NCBI GenBank assembly: GCA_902525595.1
Contig: CABZHO010000001.1
Coordinates: forward strand, 69,977 to 133,976
Source of the DNA: an uncultured Pelagibacteraceae bacterium
GTDB taxonomy: Bacteria; Pseudomonadota; Alphaproteobacteria; Pelagibacterales; AG-422-B15
Length of the DNA stretch: 64,000 nucleotides
Direction: 5' to 3'
A model generated the notes under the pieces. The model saw only the letters and a list, made by a program, of their open reading frames with translations. It was not told the origin of the DNA and did no database searches. The translations under genes and the position numbers were made by a program. Shown here in pieces: positions 42,675 to 51,727 of this stretch; position 1 is the stretch's first letter; each line of letters begins with the position of its first letter.

Positions 42675-43327
42675 TGTCCCTTTTGAATGGGCCAGTTTTA
42701 GAACCTCAAGATTCTTCGAAGCCTGCAAAAATTATAATATTTTGTCACGGATATGGAGCTGACGGAAATGATCTTATAGGCCTCGCAAATTATATTCAGC
42801 CTCAATTACCAGATGCAGTTTTTCTATCACCTAATGCACCGGAAAAATGTGGTTTAAATCCTATGGGGTACCAATGGTTTGATTTTCAATCTGGCGATCC
42901 TGCCACCATTTGGAAAGGGGTATTGAATGCCGCAGATACACTTAATAATTATATTGATGAACAACTTCAAAGCTATGGTTTGAGTGACGACAATCTAGCT
43001 TTGATCGGTTTTAGTCAAGGTACAATGATGAGTTTGCATGTTGGACTTAGGCGACTAAATTCAATGAGAGCAATCGTTGGATTTTCAGGCAGACTAATTG
43101 CCCCCGAACTATTAAAAAATGATTTAAAGTCAAAACCACCTATTTATTTGATCCATGGAGATGTTGATCCAATGGTCCCCTATCAAGAAACTGTTGATGC
43201 AGAGAAAAAACTCTCCGAGTTAAGTATAGACGTTCAAGCTCATATTTCTCCAAACACACAACATTCAATTGCACAAGATGGACTTGAAATTGCAATAAAA
43301 TTTTTAACAGAAAAATTTTCAACTTAA
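42674..43327 (+). CDS. phospholipase/carboxylesterase (APT1-like alpha/beta hydrolase)
   Basis: GFSQG nucleophile elbow and an HG..D..V ... H triad pattern. 217 aa. The ATG overlaps the ecm stop (ATAATG). Confidence 0.8.
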   Translation: MSLLNGPVLEPQDSSKPAKIIIFCHGYGADGNDLIGLANYIQPQLPDAVFLSPNAPEKCGLNPMGYQWFDFQSGDPATIWKGVLNAADTLNNYIDEQLQSYGLSDDNLALIGFSQGTMMSLHVGLRRLNSMRAIVGFSGRLIAPELLKNDLKSKPPIYLIHGDVDPMVPYQETVDAEKKLSELSIDVQAHISPNTQHSIAQDGLEIAIKFLTEKFST

Positions 43328-43380
43328 TTTAAGACTCATTTTTTTTGAAATTTTTGAACAAATACATATATTATTTGTTA

Positions 43381-43938
43381 ATGAGTGTTTCAGTCCCTTT
43401 AGAAAAGTGCCCGGCGTTAGTATTAAATTCCGATTTTAGGCCACTTAGTCATTATCCTTTATCACTTTGGTGTTGGCAAGATAGTGTCAAAGCGGTAGTT
43501 CTTGATAGAGTAAATATTGTTTCAAATTATACTCGAGAAATAAGAAGTCCAAGTTTTCAGATGTACTTACCAAGTGTAATAAGTTTGAAAACTTATATTA
43601 AACCAAATCGAAATCCAATTTTTTCAAGATTTAATGTTTTTTTAAGAGATAAATTTAGTTGCCAGTATTGTGGTTCCAAAAGAGACCTAACCTTTGATCA
43701 CCTTGTTCCTAGATCACATGGGGGAGAAACTACTTGGGATAATATTGTCACTGCCTGTTCTTCATGTAATGTAAAAAAAGGTGGAAAATTATTAAAACAC
43801 TCTGGAATGAAGCCTCTCAATATTCCAAAAATACCGACAATGGTAGATTTAGATAAATGTGGTCGCTCTTTTCCTCCTAATTTTCTGCACGAGAGTTGGA
43901 TGGATTTTTTGTATTGGGATATTCAGTTAGAGAAATAG
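43381..43938 (+). CDS. stand-alone HNH endonuclease family protein
   Basis: CQYCG....FDHLVPRSHGG..TWDNIVTACSSCN HNH/zinc motif. Start moved from TTG 43345 to ATG 43381. Confidence 0.8.
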   Translation: MSVSVPLEKCPALVLNSDFRPLSHYPLSLWCWQDSVKAVVLDRVNIVSNYTREIRSPSFQMYLPSVISLKTYIKPNRNPIFSRFNVFLRDKFSCQYCGSKRDLTFDHLVPRSHGGETTWDNIVTACSSCNVKKGGKLLKHSGMKPLNIPKIPTMVDLDKCGRSFPPNFLHESWMDFLYWDIQLEK

Positions 43939-44466
43939 TTATATTCTTTCTGCTAAAAAAATAGCAGCTTTAGTAGTTTCATTAATAGTTTTTCTTAAAA
44001 CAGAATAGCCAAAGGCTTCTCTTGAACCTTCATCTATAGCAGTATTTTTGTGTTCAACTTCATCTTGACGAAACTTTATAATTTTTTCTTTTAATTCCTC
44101 ATCTATGCCGTCAAGTTGATCTATTTGTTTTTGGTAATGTTTTTCAATTATTTCTTCGACAGCTTCTGTACATACATAGGCTGCCTTTGCACCCATTAAT
44201 GCAGTACCAACACCCATTGCGTAAGCTCCGATTCCAAAAAAACCCTTGAGCTTAGTTGGTTTTATTTTTTTATGCCTAGCTAAATTATCAAAATAATCCA
44301 AATGTTCTTTTTCATCGGAGGCCATTTTTGAAATTTGGTCAAAATCTTTCATATTTTTCTTTAACTTAAATATAAATTTTTGACCCTGATATATTTGTTG
44401 GGCACCAAGCTCACCTGCTTGATCTACCCTAATGATCCTTCTTAAAATTTTTTCTTTAGCGTTCAT
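43939..44466 (-). CDS. coq7: demethoxyubiquinone hydroxylase, Coq7 type
   Basis: Di-iron ferritin-like repeats (RVDQAGELGA..., DEKEHL, DEVEHK). 175 aa. Confidence 0.85.
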   Translation of the reverse strand: MNAKEKILRRIIRVDQAGELGAQQIYQGQKFIFKLKKNMKDFDQISKMASDEKEHLDYFDNLARHKKIKPTKLKGFFGIGAYAMGVGTALMGAKAAYVCTEAVEEIIEKHYQKQIDQLDGIDEELKEKIIKFRQDEVEHKNTAIDEGSREAFGYSVLRKTINETTKAAIFLAERI

Positions 44467-44935
44467 TTTTAAAAAATATAAAATACATTGATATAACTAA
44501 TAATAAAGTTGTAATTATCAAGTTGGCCTCCGCAACTGAGAGAAGATTTAGGAGATAAGATGGCTCATCACACCTTATTAAGGGGGCTTGAGTCAGGCTT
44601 TCTAAGAGCAAAGATTTGTCAGATGAGTTTGATAAATTAATGTTACATCCTGAATTTAAATTAATTAGTCCTCGCTCAACGCCTACATGTCTCAAAGTAT
44701 AAAAGAAACCAAATAATAGAATTAAAAGTGAAATGTAATTTGATATATTTTTAAATGATGGTTTGTTTCCTTGATTGAAAATGTATGATATCACTCCAAT
44801 GATAATTAATAAGTAGTAAGGATATCTCTCAATAAGACACATTTCGCACGGAGCCATTCTAAAAATATATTGGAGTATAAAAACTATAATTATTACTACC
44901 GTCGAAACAGCTAGATTTATATTAATAAGACTCAT
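44456..44935 (-). CDS. DsbB-family disulfide bond formation protein
   Basis: Four TM helices with the CEMC pair in loop 1 (PCEMCLIERYPYY) and a second Cys pair in the large loop. Confidence 0.8.
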   Translation of the reverse strand: MSLININLAVSTVVIIIVFILQYIFRMAPCEMCLIERYPYYLLIIIGVISYIFNQGNKPSFKNISNYISLLILLFGFFYTLRHVGVERGLINLNSGCNINLSNSSDKSLLLESLTQAPLIRCDEPSYLLNLLSVAEANLIITTLLLVISMYFIFFKNER

Positions 44936-44937
44936 AA

Positions 44938-45567
44938 TTAATAAGCAATATACAGTATCCCTAAAAACACTAAAATAACTATAATCGTAGAATATAAATT
45001 AATTCTTTTTTCAAATGATTTAAGTGCAACATCTCCATATCTATATATTAAATAACCAATTAAAAAAAACCGAATTGATCTCGAAAATAGGCTTGCAATT
45101 AAAAATATGAAAAAATTAATACCAATAAATCCACTTGTTATTGTTACAATTTTAAAAGGTAACGGAGTAAACCCCCCAATAAATACATAGATAAAACCAT
45201 AATTTTCTACTTCATTAACAAAGTCATTAAAGAAATGACTCAAATATAAATTTTCAATAATAAAACTTCCAATACTATTAAAGAAAAACATCCCAATAAA
45301 ATAAGCAATTATCGCTCCAGTTATAGACCCAAACACAGATAGTGCAGCTATTCTAAATATTTTTGCTTTATCCAATGACATCATTGGAACCATGAATATC
45401 TCTTGTGGAAATGGAAAAATTATTGCTTCCAGCAATCCTATAAAAAAAATAAATGGGTAAGCAAACCTCGTTTTAATAAATTGTCCACCAAATGAGACAA
45501 AATATGATTTTAAGTTTTGATAAATTGAGTTAAACATTACACTGTTAATATATATATTTGCATACAT
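44938..45567 (-). CDS. YqaA/DedA-family membrane protein
   Basis: Polytopic 209-aa protein with a DedA/SNARE-associated-like pattern. The true start may be an internal Met. Confidence 0.65.
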   Translation of the reverse strand: MYANIYINSVMFNSIYQNLKSYFVSFGGQFIKTRFAYPFIFFIGLLEAIIFPFPQEIFMVPMMSLDKAKIFRIAALSVFGSITGAIIAYFIGMFFFNSIGSFIIENLYLSHFFNDFVNEVENYGFIYVFIGGFTPLPFKIVTITSGFIGINFFIFLIASLFSRSIRFFLIGYLIYRYGDVALKSFEKRINLYSTIIVILVFLGILYIAY

Positions 45568-45622
45568 AATTCTACTAAGCCTTTAAGGCGACTAAAGGCT
45601 TGTATAATAAGTAAAGAAGATT

Positions 45623-45707
45623 GGGGATATGGCGGAATTGGTAGACGCGCCAGACTCAAAATCTGGTGCCCTCGGGCGTTCCGGTTCGACTCCGGATATC
45701 CCTACCA
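45623..45707 (+). tRNA. tRNA-Leu (anticodon CAA)
   Basis: Hand-folded cloverleaf: acceptor GGGGAUA/UAUCCCU, D-loop AAUUGGUAGA, anticodon stem CCAGA/UCUGG with loop CUCAAAA, long variable arm, T-arm UCCGG-UUCGACU-CCGGA, and encoded ACCA. Confidence 0.9.
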
Positions 45708-45713
45708 AAAGTG

Positions 45714-47144
45714 ATGATGAATAAAAGAAAAATTAAAGTATCAAGGCTTAACTATATAAAACCTGAAGAGGTATTAATCAGGTTTCAAGACGAATTAAAT
45801 TTAATCTATTTAGATAGCGCTAATCATATTGTTTCTGAGGACAATCGGTATTCTTACTTAGCTCTTGATCCTATTTACTCAATTAAAATAAATAGAAATG
45901 AGAAATATTTTAATCTTCAAAAGTTCCAAAAAGTAAAAAAAATTATATCCGAGTTCAAATATAAAAAAATTAAATCATTACCTAAGTTTCAGTGTGGTCT
46001 AGCTGGTTATATTTCATACGAAGCTGGTCTCTTAAAAGAAAAAATTGCCAATGTGAAATTAAATGAAAATATCATTCCAAGTATATATTTTGGTCTTTTT
46101 GATATTGTGTTTGCATTTGATAATAAGTTAAAAAAAGCATTCATTTTTTCATCAAATTTGGATAAAGAATTTAAAGTAGAAACAACACATGAAATAAGGT
46201 TGCTAAAAGCAAAAAATCTTTATGCGATACCAAGAATAAACAGCTTCAAAGATAATGTACTTGGTTTTAAATGGGTAAAAGATTTTACCAAAAAAAAATA
46301 TATTTCTAAGATAAATAGAATACTAAGGTACATCAAAAATGGAGATGTTTTTCAGGCCAATTTTACACAACGTTTTTTATCTAAGATTCCTGATGACTTT
46401 AATGAAATTCACTATTACCTTCACTACAGAAAAAAAACAGAAACCCCTTTTTCTTGCTTAATTAAAAATCAAGATTTTAACATTCTTTCTTATTCCCCAG
46501 AAAGATTTTTAAAATTAGAGAAAGATAAATTAAAAGTTTCTCCAATAAAGGGCACGATTAAGAGAGGTCAAAATCTTGATGAAGATATAGAGTTAAAAAA
46601 AGAATTATCCTCAAGTCTAAAAGATAAAGCTGAAAATCTCATGATAGTTGATGTATTAAGAAACGATATCTCTGAAGTATGCAAGGCTGGGTCAGTTAAG
46701 GTTACTAGACTAGCTGAAGTAGAAACATACAATAATGTTCATCACCTTGTCTCAGATATAGAAGGAACACTTGATAAAAGTAGCGATATTTTTGACGTTT
46801 TAAAGCATTGTATGCCAGGTGGATCCGTTACAGGTGCGCCAAAGGTAAGAGCAATGCAAATTATTTCTGAATTAGAAAATTGTAATAGAGGAGTTTATTG
46901 CGGAGCAATTGGATATATATCGTTTACTGGATACGCTGATTTTAATATTCCGATTAGAACAATTACTGTGAATGGTGAAAAAGTATTTTTGAATTCAGGC
47001 GGAGGCATAGTTGCAGATTCTAAACCGTTAAAAGAATATCATGAATTGAATAAGAAGATAGAAAACCTATTGACACAAAATAAAAAACTACAGAGCAAAA
47101 CCAATAAAGATAAAAAGCATAGTAATGAAAGTTTATTTGAATAA
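45714..47144 (+). CDS. pabB: aminodeoxychorismate synthase component I
   Basis: Chorismate-binding domain (PGGSVTGAPKVRAMQII, GVYCGAIGY). Followed by a class-IV aminotransferase. Start moved to ATG 45714 because the track ORF overlaps tRNA-Leu. Confidence 0.8.
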   Translation: MMNKRKIKVSRLNYIKPEEVLIRFQDELNLIYLDSANHIVSEDNRYSYLALDPIYSIKINRNEKYFNLQKFQKVKKIISEFKYKKIKSLPKFQCGLAGYISYEAGLLKEKIANVKLNENIIPSIYFGLFDIVFAFDNKLKKAFIFSSNLDKEFKVETTHEIRLLKAKNLYAIPRINSFKDNVLGFKWVKDFTKKKYISKINRILRYIKNGDVFQANFTQRFLSKIPDDFNEIHYYLHYRKKTETPFSCLIKNQDFNILSYSPERFLKLEKDKLKVSPIKGTIKRGQNLDEDIELKKELSSSLKDKAENLMIVDVLRNDISEVCKAGSVKVTRLAEVETYNNVHHLVSDIEGTLDKSSDIFDVLKHCMPGGSVTGAPKVRAMQIISELENCNRGVYCGAIGYISFTGYADFNIPIRTITVNGEKVFLNSGGGIVADSKPLKEYHELNKKIENLLTQNKKLQSKTNKDKKHSNESLFE

Positions 47145-47943
47145 TAAATTCATTAATGGAAATGATGCATCTATCAATATTAAAGATCGAGGCTTATTAT
47201 TGGGCGATAGTATTTTTGATACTCTTTTGTACAATAACCAAAAAATTATTTTATTTGATTATCATTATGAAAGATTTAAAAAATCTATATCAAATAGCTA
47301 TTTTGATTTTAAATTATCAAAAAAAAATTTAAAAGAAATCATATTAAAATTAATCAGAATAAATAATTTACAAAATCATCGTGTATCCATACGATGCACT
47401 CTAACAAGAGGTAATGCAAAAAAAAGAGGGCTCGATTTTGAATTATCTCATCAAGTAAACTTTTTCATTACAACGGGTAAATTATCAAAAGAAGCTAATT
47501 TGAAACCTGTCAAAATATCAGCTTCAAATATTAAAAGATATTCAAATTCAATGTTGGTAAAAAATAAGACAACTAACTATTTTGAAAATATTCAAGCAAA
47601 ATATATTTCTCAAAAAAAAGGCTTTGATGATGCATTGATATTGAACGAAAAAAACAATCTTTGCTGCTGTTCAAGCTCTAATATTTTTTATGTTATAAGT
47701 AATAAATTGTTTACTCCCTCCATAAAAGAAGGAGCTTTAGATGGTACTGTGAGGCGTTATTTAATAGAAAAGAAAAAGGTTGCAGTTAAGAGCATATCAT
47801 TGAATAATCTAGAGGATATTAGCGAGATTTTTCTCACTAATAGCATAGGTTTGAGGTCTGTCAGTAAGGTTAATAATGTTTCTTTTAAGTCAGGACCAAT
47901 AACAGAGAAAACCATAAAGTTTTTGAAGAAAATAGGAATTTAA
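47125..47943 (+). CDS. pabC: class-IV aminotransferase, probable aminodeoxychorismate lyase
   Basis: 272-aa fold-type IV PLP enzyme. It overlaps the pabB 3' end by 20 nt. Confidence 0.6.
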   Translation: MKVYLNNKFINGNDASINIKDRGLLLGDSIFDTLLYNNQKIILFDYHYERFKKSISNSYFDFKLSKKNLKEIILKLIRINNLQNHRVSIRCTLTRGNAKKRGLDFELSHQVNFFITTGKLSKEANLKPVKISASNIKRYSNSMLVKNKTTNYFENIQAKYISQKKGFDDALILNEKNNLCCCSSSNIFYVISNKLFTPSIKEGALDGTVRRYLIEKKKVAVKSISLNNLEDISEIFLTNSIGLRSVSKVNNVSFKSGPITEKTIKFLKKIGI

Positions 47944-49740
47944 ATGAGTTTGGTAAGTGCGATTTCAAGAGAGTATAGTTATTTTAAGTTTTTCTTAAGG
48001 CTAGTCGGGCGATCACGAAAGTTTGATAAAAAAAAATACACAACAGTTGCTGATATTTTAGAAGAGCAAGTTGAGAAAACTCCAGACAATATTGCAATTG
48101 AGTTTGAAGACAAAAAATACTCATATCGCGACATGGATAATGAAGCTAATAAAATTGCTAACTGGGCAATTGGTAAAGGTTACAAGACAGGCGATGTAAT
48201 TTCGCTTTTAATGGAGAATAAGCCCGAGTACATTTTTACCTGGTTTGGTCTCGCCAAAGTTGGCATTACTATTGCTTGTCTTAATAATAATATAAAAAGT
48301 AAATCTCTTGCTCATTGCATAAAGAAATCGGGAAGTAAAAGTCTAATAATCAGTTCAGATCTTATGGAAAATCTTGCTTCAGCGCAGGAGCATATAGATG
48401 GTGAACTCGATGTATATACTGCAGGTCAAGATGTTCAAGGATACGAGTCCCTGGATGGACCTTCAAATGAAAACGGAGTGGTTCGACCAGATAGTTCAAT
48501 CAGGCAAGCTTTATCAAACAGTCAATCTCTATTTTATATTTATACAAGTGGAACAACCGGCATGCCCAAAGCTGCAAATTTTAGTCACCAAAAATTCTTA
48601 GTTGCTTGTGGTTTACAGATGTTTTCTTTGGAAATGAAACCAACTGATAAAACTTACATGGTTCTTCCCCTTTATCATGCAACAGGAGGTGTAGTTGGTA
48701 TAGGTTCAACTTTCTGTGTTGGTGGAACCATAGTACTAAGAAAAAAATTTTCAGCAGCAAATTTTTGGGAAGACTGTGTGAAACATGATGTTACAGTTAT
48801 TACATATATTGGTGAATTATTTCGTTATCTGGTAGCTACTAAAAAAAGCGAATACGAAACAAAACATAAAATAAGAGGGATATATGGCAATGGTCTTAGG
48901 CCAGAAGTATGGAAGATAGTACAAGAAAGATTTGGCATTAATCATATTTGCGAATTTTATGGTGCTTCGGAGGGCAATGTTTCCCTCACAAATGTTGACA
49001 GTAAGTTTGGATCAATTGGAAGAATACCTCCTTATTTAAAAGGTGTTCTGCCAACAAAAATAGTTAAATTTGACGTAGAAAATGAGGTTGTCGTGAGAGG
49101 AGAGGACGGGTTCTGCATTGAATGTGATAATGGTGAAGCTGGTGAGGCAATTGGATTTATACCTAACGATGATAAATTTACTGGGTCATTTGAGGGATAT
49201 ACTGATAAAGAAGCTACAAAGAAAAAAATACTTGAAGATGTTTTTGAGAAAGGTGATCAGTGGTTTTCTACTGGTGACTTGCTAAAAAAAGATAAGCAAG
49301 GATATTATTACTTTGTTGATCGCATAGGTGATACATTTCGATGGAAATCGGAGAATGTGTCTACTAACGAAGTCAGTGAAGCAATCTCAGCGTTTAAAGG
49401 CATAGATGAAGTTAATGTTTATGGAGTTGAGGTGCCTAATCAAGATGGAAGAGCCGGTATGGCCTCGCTAGTTGTCAATGATGAATTCAATTTAGAAGAA
49501 CTTTATGAATATCTCTCTGAACAATTGCCAGTTTATAGTGTGCCAGTCTTTATTAGAATTAGTCCAGAAATAGAAAAGACAGGTACATTTAAATATAAAA
49601 AAACTGATTTAGTAAAAGATGGATATGATCCGAGTATAATCCAAGATCCTATTTATTACGCATCAGGTGGAGATAAAAAATATATTAATTTAGATCAGGA
49701 TTCTTTTCAGAAAATAAATACTCTTGAAATAAGAGTCTAA
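47944..49740 (+). CDS. FATP-like (very-)long-chain acyl-CoA synthetase
   Basis: AMP-binding motif YIYTSGTTGMPKAA and the FATP-type DRIGDTFRWKSENVST motif. 598 aa with a hydrophobic N-terminus. Confidence 0.85.
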   Translation: MSLVSAISREYSYFKFFLRLVGRSRKFDKKKYTTVADILEEQVEKTPDNIAIEFEDKKYSYRDMDNEANKIANWAIGKGYKTGDVISLLMENKPEYIFTWFGLAKVGITIACLNNNIKSKSLAHCIKKSGSKSLIISSDLMENLASAQEHIDGELDVYTAGQDVQGYESLDGPSNENGVVRPDSSIRQALSNSQSLFYIYTSGTTGMPKAANFSHQKFLVACGLQMFSLEMKPTDKTYMVLPLYHATGGVVGIGSTFCVGGTIVLRKKFSAANFWEDCVKHDVTVITYIGELFRYLVATKKSEYETKHKIRGIYGNGLRPEVWKIVQERFGINHICEFYGASEGNVSLTNVDSKFGSIGRIPPYLKGVLPTKIVKFDVENEVVVRGEDGFCIECDNGEAGEAIGFIPNDDKFTGSFEGYTDKEATKKKILEDVFEKGDQWFSTGDLLKKDKQGYYYFVDRIGDTFRWKSENVSTNEVSEAISAFKGIDEVNVYGVEVPNQDGRAGMASLVVNDEFNLEELYEYLSEQLPVYSVPVFIRISPEIEKTGTFKYKKTDLVKDGYDPSIIQDPIYYASGGDKKYINLDQDSFQKINTLEIRV

Positions 49741-50927
49741 AAATATTTAGCTATTTTTACTGTAATTTGGGAATCTTCCTTAAATGCGTAAGTAAAATCA
49801 TTTTGATCAATATTTCCACTTATTGAGGTATCAATAAATAATTTTACATCATCATTTAATCGTTGTTCAAATTCAGCAAAAAATCTATTTGAGTTGCCAC
49901 CTAAATCAGATAACAGGCCAGCAAGTATACTTGTAGAATTAATATCATTTTGTGTCCATCTCAAAGCAATGACTCCTTCATCATTAAAGGCAAAATCATT
50001 TCGATCATCAAATGTATATTCAATAACTATTCCTAAATCACTTGAAGTTTCTTTAACTCCGTAAATCGTATACTCGGTCCCGCCTGCAATACTAAAATGT
50101 TTTTCATCCCCATTTTCTGCGAGCAGCGCCTCCAGCTTATAGAGCCATGCACCTTTCGTTGATTGAAGATCTAAGCTCGTTTGAGATAAAATGGGATAAT
50201 ATTGGCTCAATTTAAATGATTTATTGTTAAAAGTTAAATTTGGACTCCTGTTATTCCCATAAAAATGGGAAATTCCAATATCAAAATCATCAACAACTGT
50301 TGAATATCGAATTGCAACATCAACTTTATTTTTCTTAGCGGAAGACTCGAAAATTACGTTATTTTTATCTACTTCAAAAGCAAGTCTTGGTCGACCCTTT
50401 GTTCCAGGAAAAACTCTTTCAATAAAATAAGGCATAAGATAAAAATCAAAGCTACCATAATCATTAAAGTAGCTAAGTGATACCATTGGCTGGCCAAGTT
50501 TTTTTGTTCCTGAAATATCTTCAGCCAAGTTTGATTGATTAATTATATCAACAATATTAAAACTTTCGTTTACTCCCCAAAATATAAGTTCATTACCTAT
50601 TCTGAAAGTGATATCATTGAAAAAAAGTTCGTACTTTAATTTTTGAAAATCTATGTAAGTGCGGTTGTTATCATTGTCGTCAATTCGACCAATACTATTA
50701 ACAGTTATCTTGGTATTATTATTATTTAAATAGGTAACAAAGGTTCCTTTTGCAAAAGCTGAGAAATTTTTGTTTGACTGATTATGCCGTCCATCGCCAT
50801 TAAAAAATGACGTTATTTCTGGTTGTATAAATCCATATGCCTTATAGTCTAATGCATTAGCATTTTGAAAAAATATCAAAGAGAAAAGCAGTACATAGAC
50901 TGGGGCAATAAGAAACTGATTTTGCAC
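49737..50927 (-). CDS. predicted outer-membrane beta-barrel protein, unknown family
   Basis: Signal peptide (..FQNANA/LD), alternating amphipathic strands, and a C-terminal ..KIAKYF aromatic terminus typical of OMPs. Confidence 0.5.
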   Translation of the reverse strand: MQNQFLIAPVYVLLFSLIFFQNANALDYKAYGFIQPEITSFFNGDGRHNQSNKNFSAFAKGTFVTYLNNNNTKITVNSIGRIDDNDNNRTYIDFQKLKYELFFNDITFRIGNELIFWGVNESFNIVDIINQSNLAEDISGTKKLGQPMVSLSYFNDYGSFDFYLMPYFIERVFPGTKGRPRLAFEVDKNNVIFESSAKKNKVDVAIRYSTVVDDFDIGISHFYGNNRSPNLTFNNKSFKLSQYYPILSQTSLDLQSTKGAWLYKLEALLAENGDEKHFSIAGGTEYTIYGVKETSSDLGIVIEYTFDDRNDFAFNDEGVIALRWTQNDINSTSILAGLLSDLGGNSNRFFAEFEQRLNDDVKLFIDTSISGNIDQNDFTYAFKEDSQITVKIAKYF

Positions 50928-50929
50928 AG

Positions 50930-51718
50930 TTAATCTGCAAGTCGCATTAGGCTTGATTTTTCAAAGTCTTTTTTATCTATCCCTGTATCAAGTTCTCTAT
51001 TTAACCATTTAAAAATAGTCATATTTTTGTTTTGAACGTTTTCAACACGCATAGTATTTGCCATCCAAATTTTATCTTTATAAAGTTCGTAATCCTCTAA
51101 ATAAAGTATTTTTAAAAGCTCTCCTTTCCTGTCATAAAAATCAACCTTTCGAGTTCTATCTAGACTATCTGTAAGTGATATTCGTTTTGAATATCCAGAA
51201 TTTTTGTAATTAGGAAAGGACTCAAGTATAAAAAAAGTTTCATCATTTTCAATTTTTTCACCTAAGTATCTCCAGTTGTATTTTCTATAGTCAGTTCCAG
51301 AAAAATCTTCAAATGCTACTTCACTGCCCATAAATGCACCAGATTTATTACTTGATGAAATTCTTTTTACTCTACCTAGCGCTGGCAAATAGAGCCACTG
51401 ATCATCATCATCACTGATATGTGTATGGGATAACATAACAGTGCCTTCCACATCTTTCGGAGTTTTGAAAAATGTTATACTTTTGTCGCCATCATCTGGG
51501 TCTAAATTTTCAAGGGTTTTGCTAGAAACCTCTCTAATTACTTCTTTGCCTTTGGGGTCAATCAGTATCATGAGTTGGTCAGATACCATATCAATAAAGC
51601 CCCTACCATTTTCATATGATGCTTTTGCTATTTTAAGGCCAACACCTTCAGCTGTATCCGCTTGTAGTGAAAAGGGAAAAAAAATAAGAGCAAGAAGTAT
51701 TAATTTTATATATCTCAT
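50930..51718 (-). CDS. LolA-like outer membrane lipoprotein-sorting family protein
   Basis: Signal peptide plus the motif WLYLPALGRVKRISSSNKSGAFMGSEVAFEDF, characteristic of the LolA_like family that accompanies MMPL transporters. Confidence 0.75.
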   Translation of the reverse strand: MRYIKLILLALIFFPFSLQADTAEGVGLKIAKASYENGRGFIDMVSDQLMILIDPKGKEVIREVSSKTLENLDPDDGDKSITFFKTPKDVEGTVMLSHTHISDDDDQWLYLPALGRVKRISSSNKSGAFMGSEVAFEDFSGTDYRKYNWRYLGEKIENDETFFILESFPNYKNSGYSKRISLTDSLDRTRKVDFYDRKGELLKILYLEDYELYKDKIWMANTMRVENVQNKNMTIFKWLNRELDTGIDKKDFEKSSLMRLAD

Positions 51719-51727
51719 TCTTAAATA

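Noticed and set aside
43381-43938. Stand-alone HNH endonuclease as part of a defence or homing system.
   Set aside because: It has no adjacent methylase, helicase, toxin or intron/intein context. It is flanked by core metabolic genes with zero intergenic space. Small HNH proteins of this form are widely conserved as single genes.
45666-45713. N-terminal 16 codons of the track's pabB ORF (MPSGVPVRLRISLPKV).
   Set aside because: This stretch lies inside tRNA-Leu(CAA). The ATG at 45714 just after the tRNA is the plausible start.
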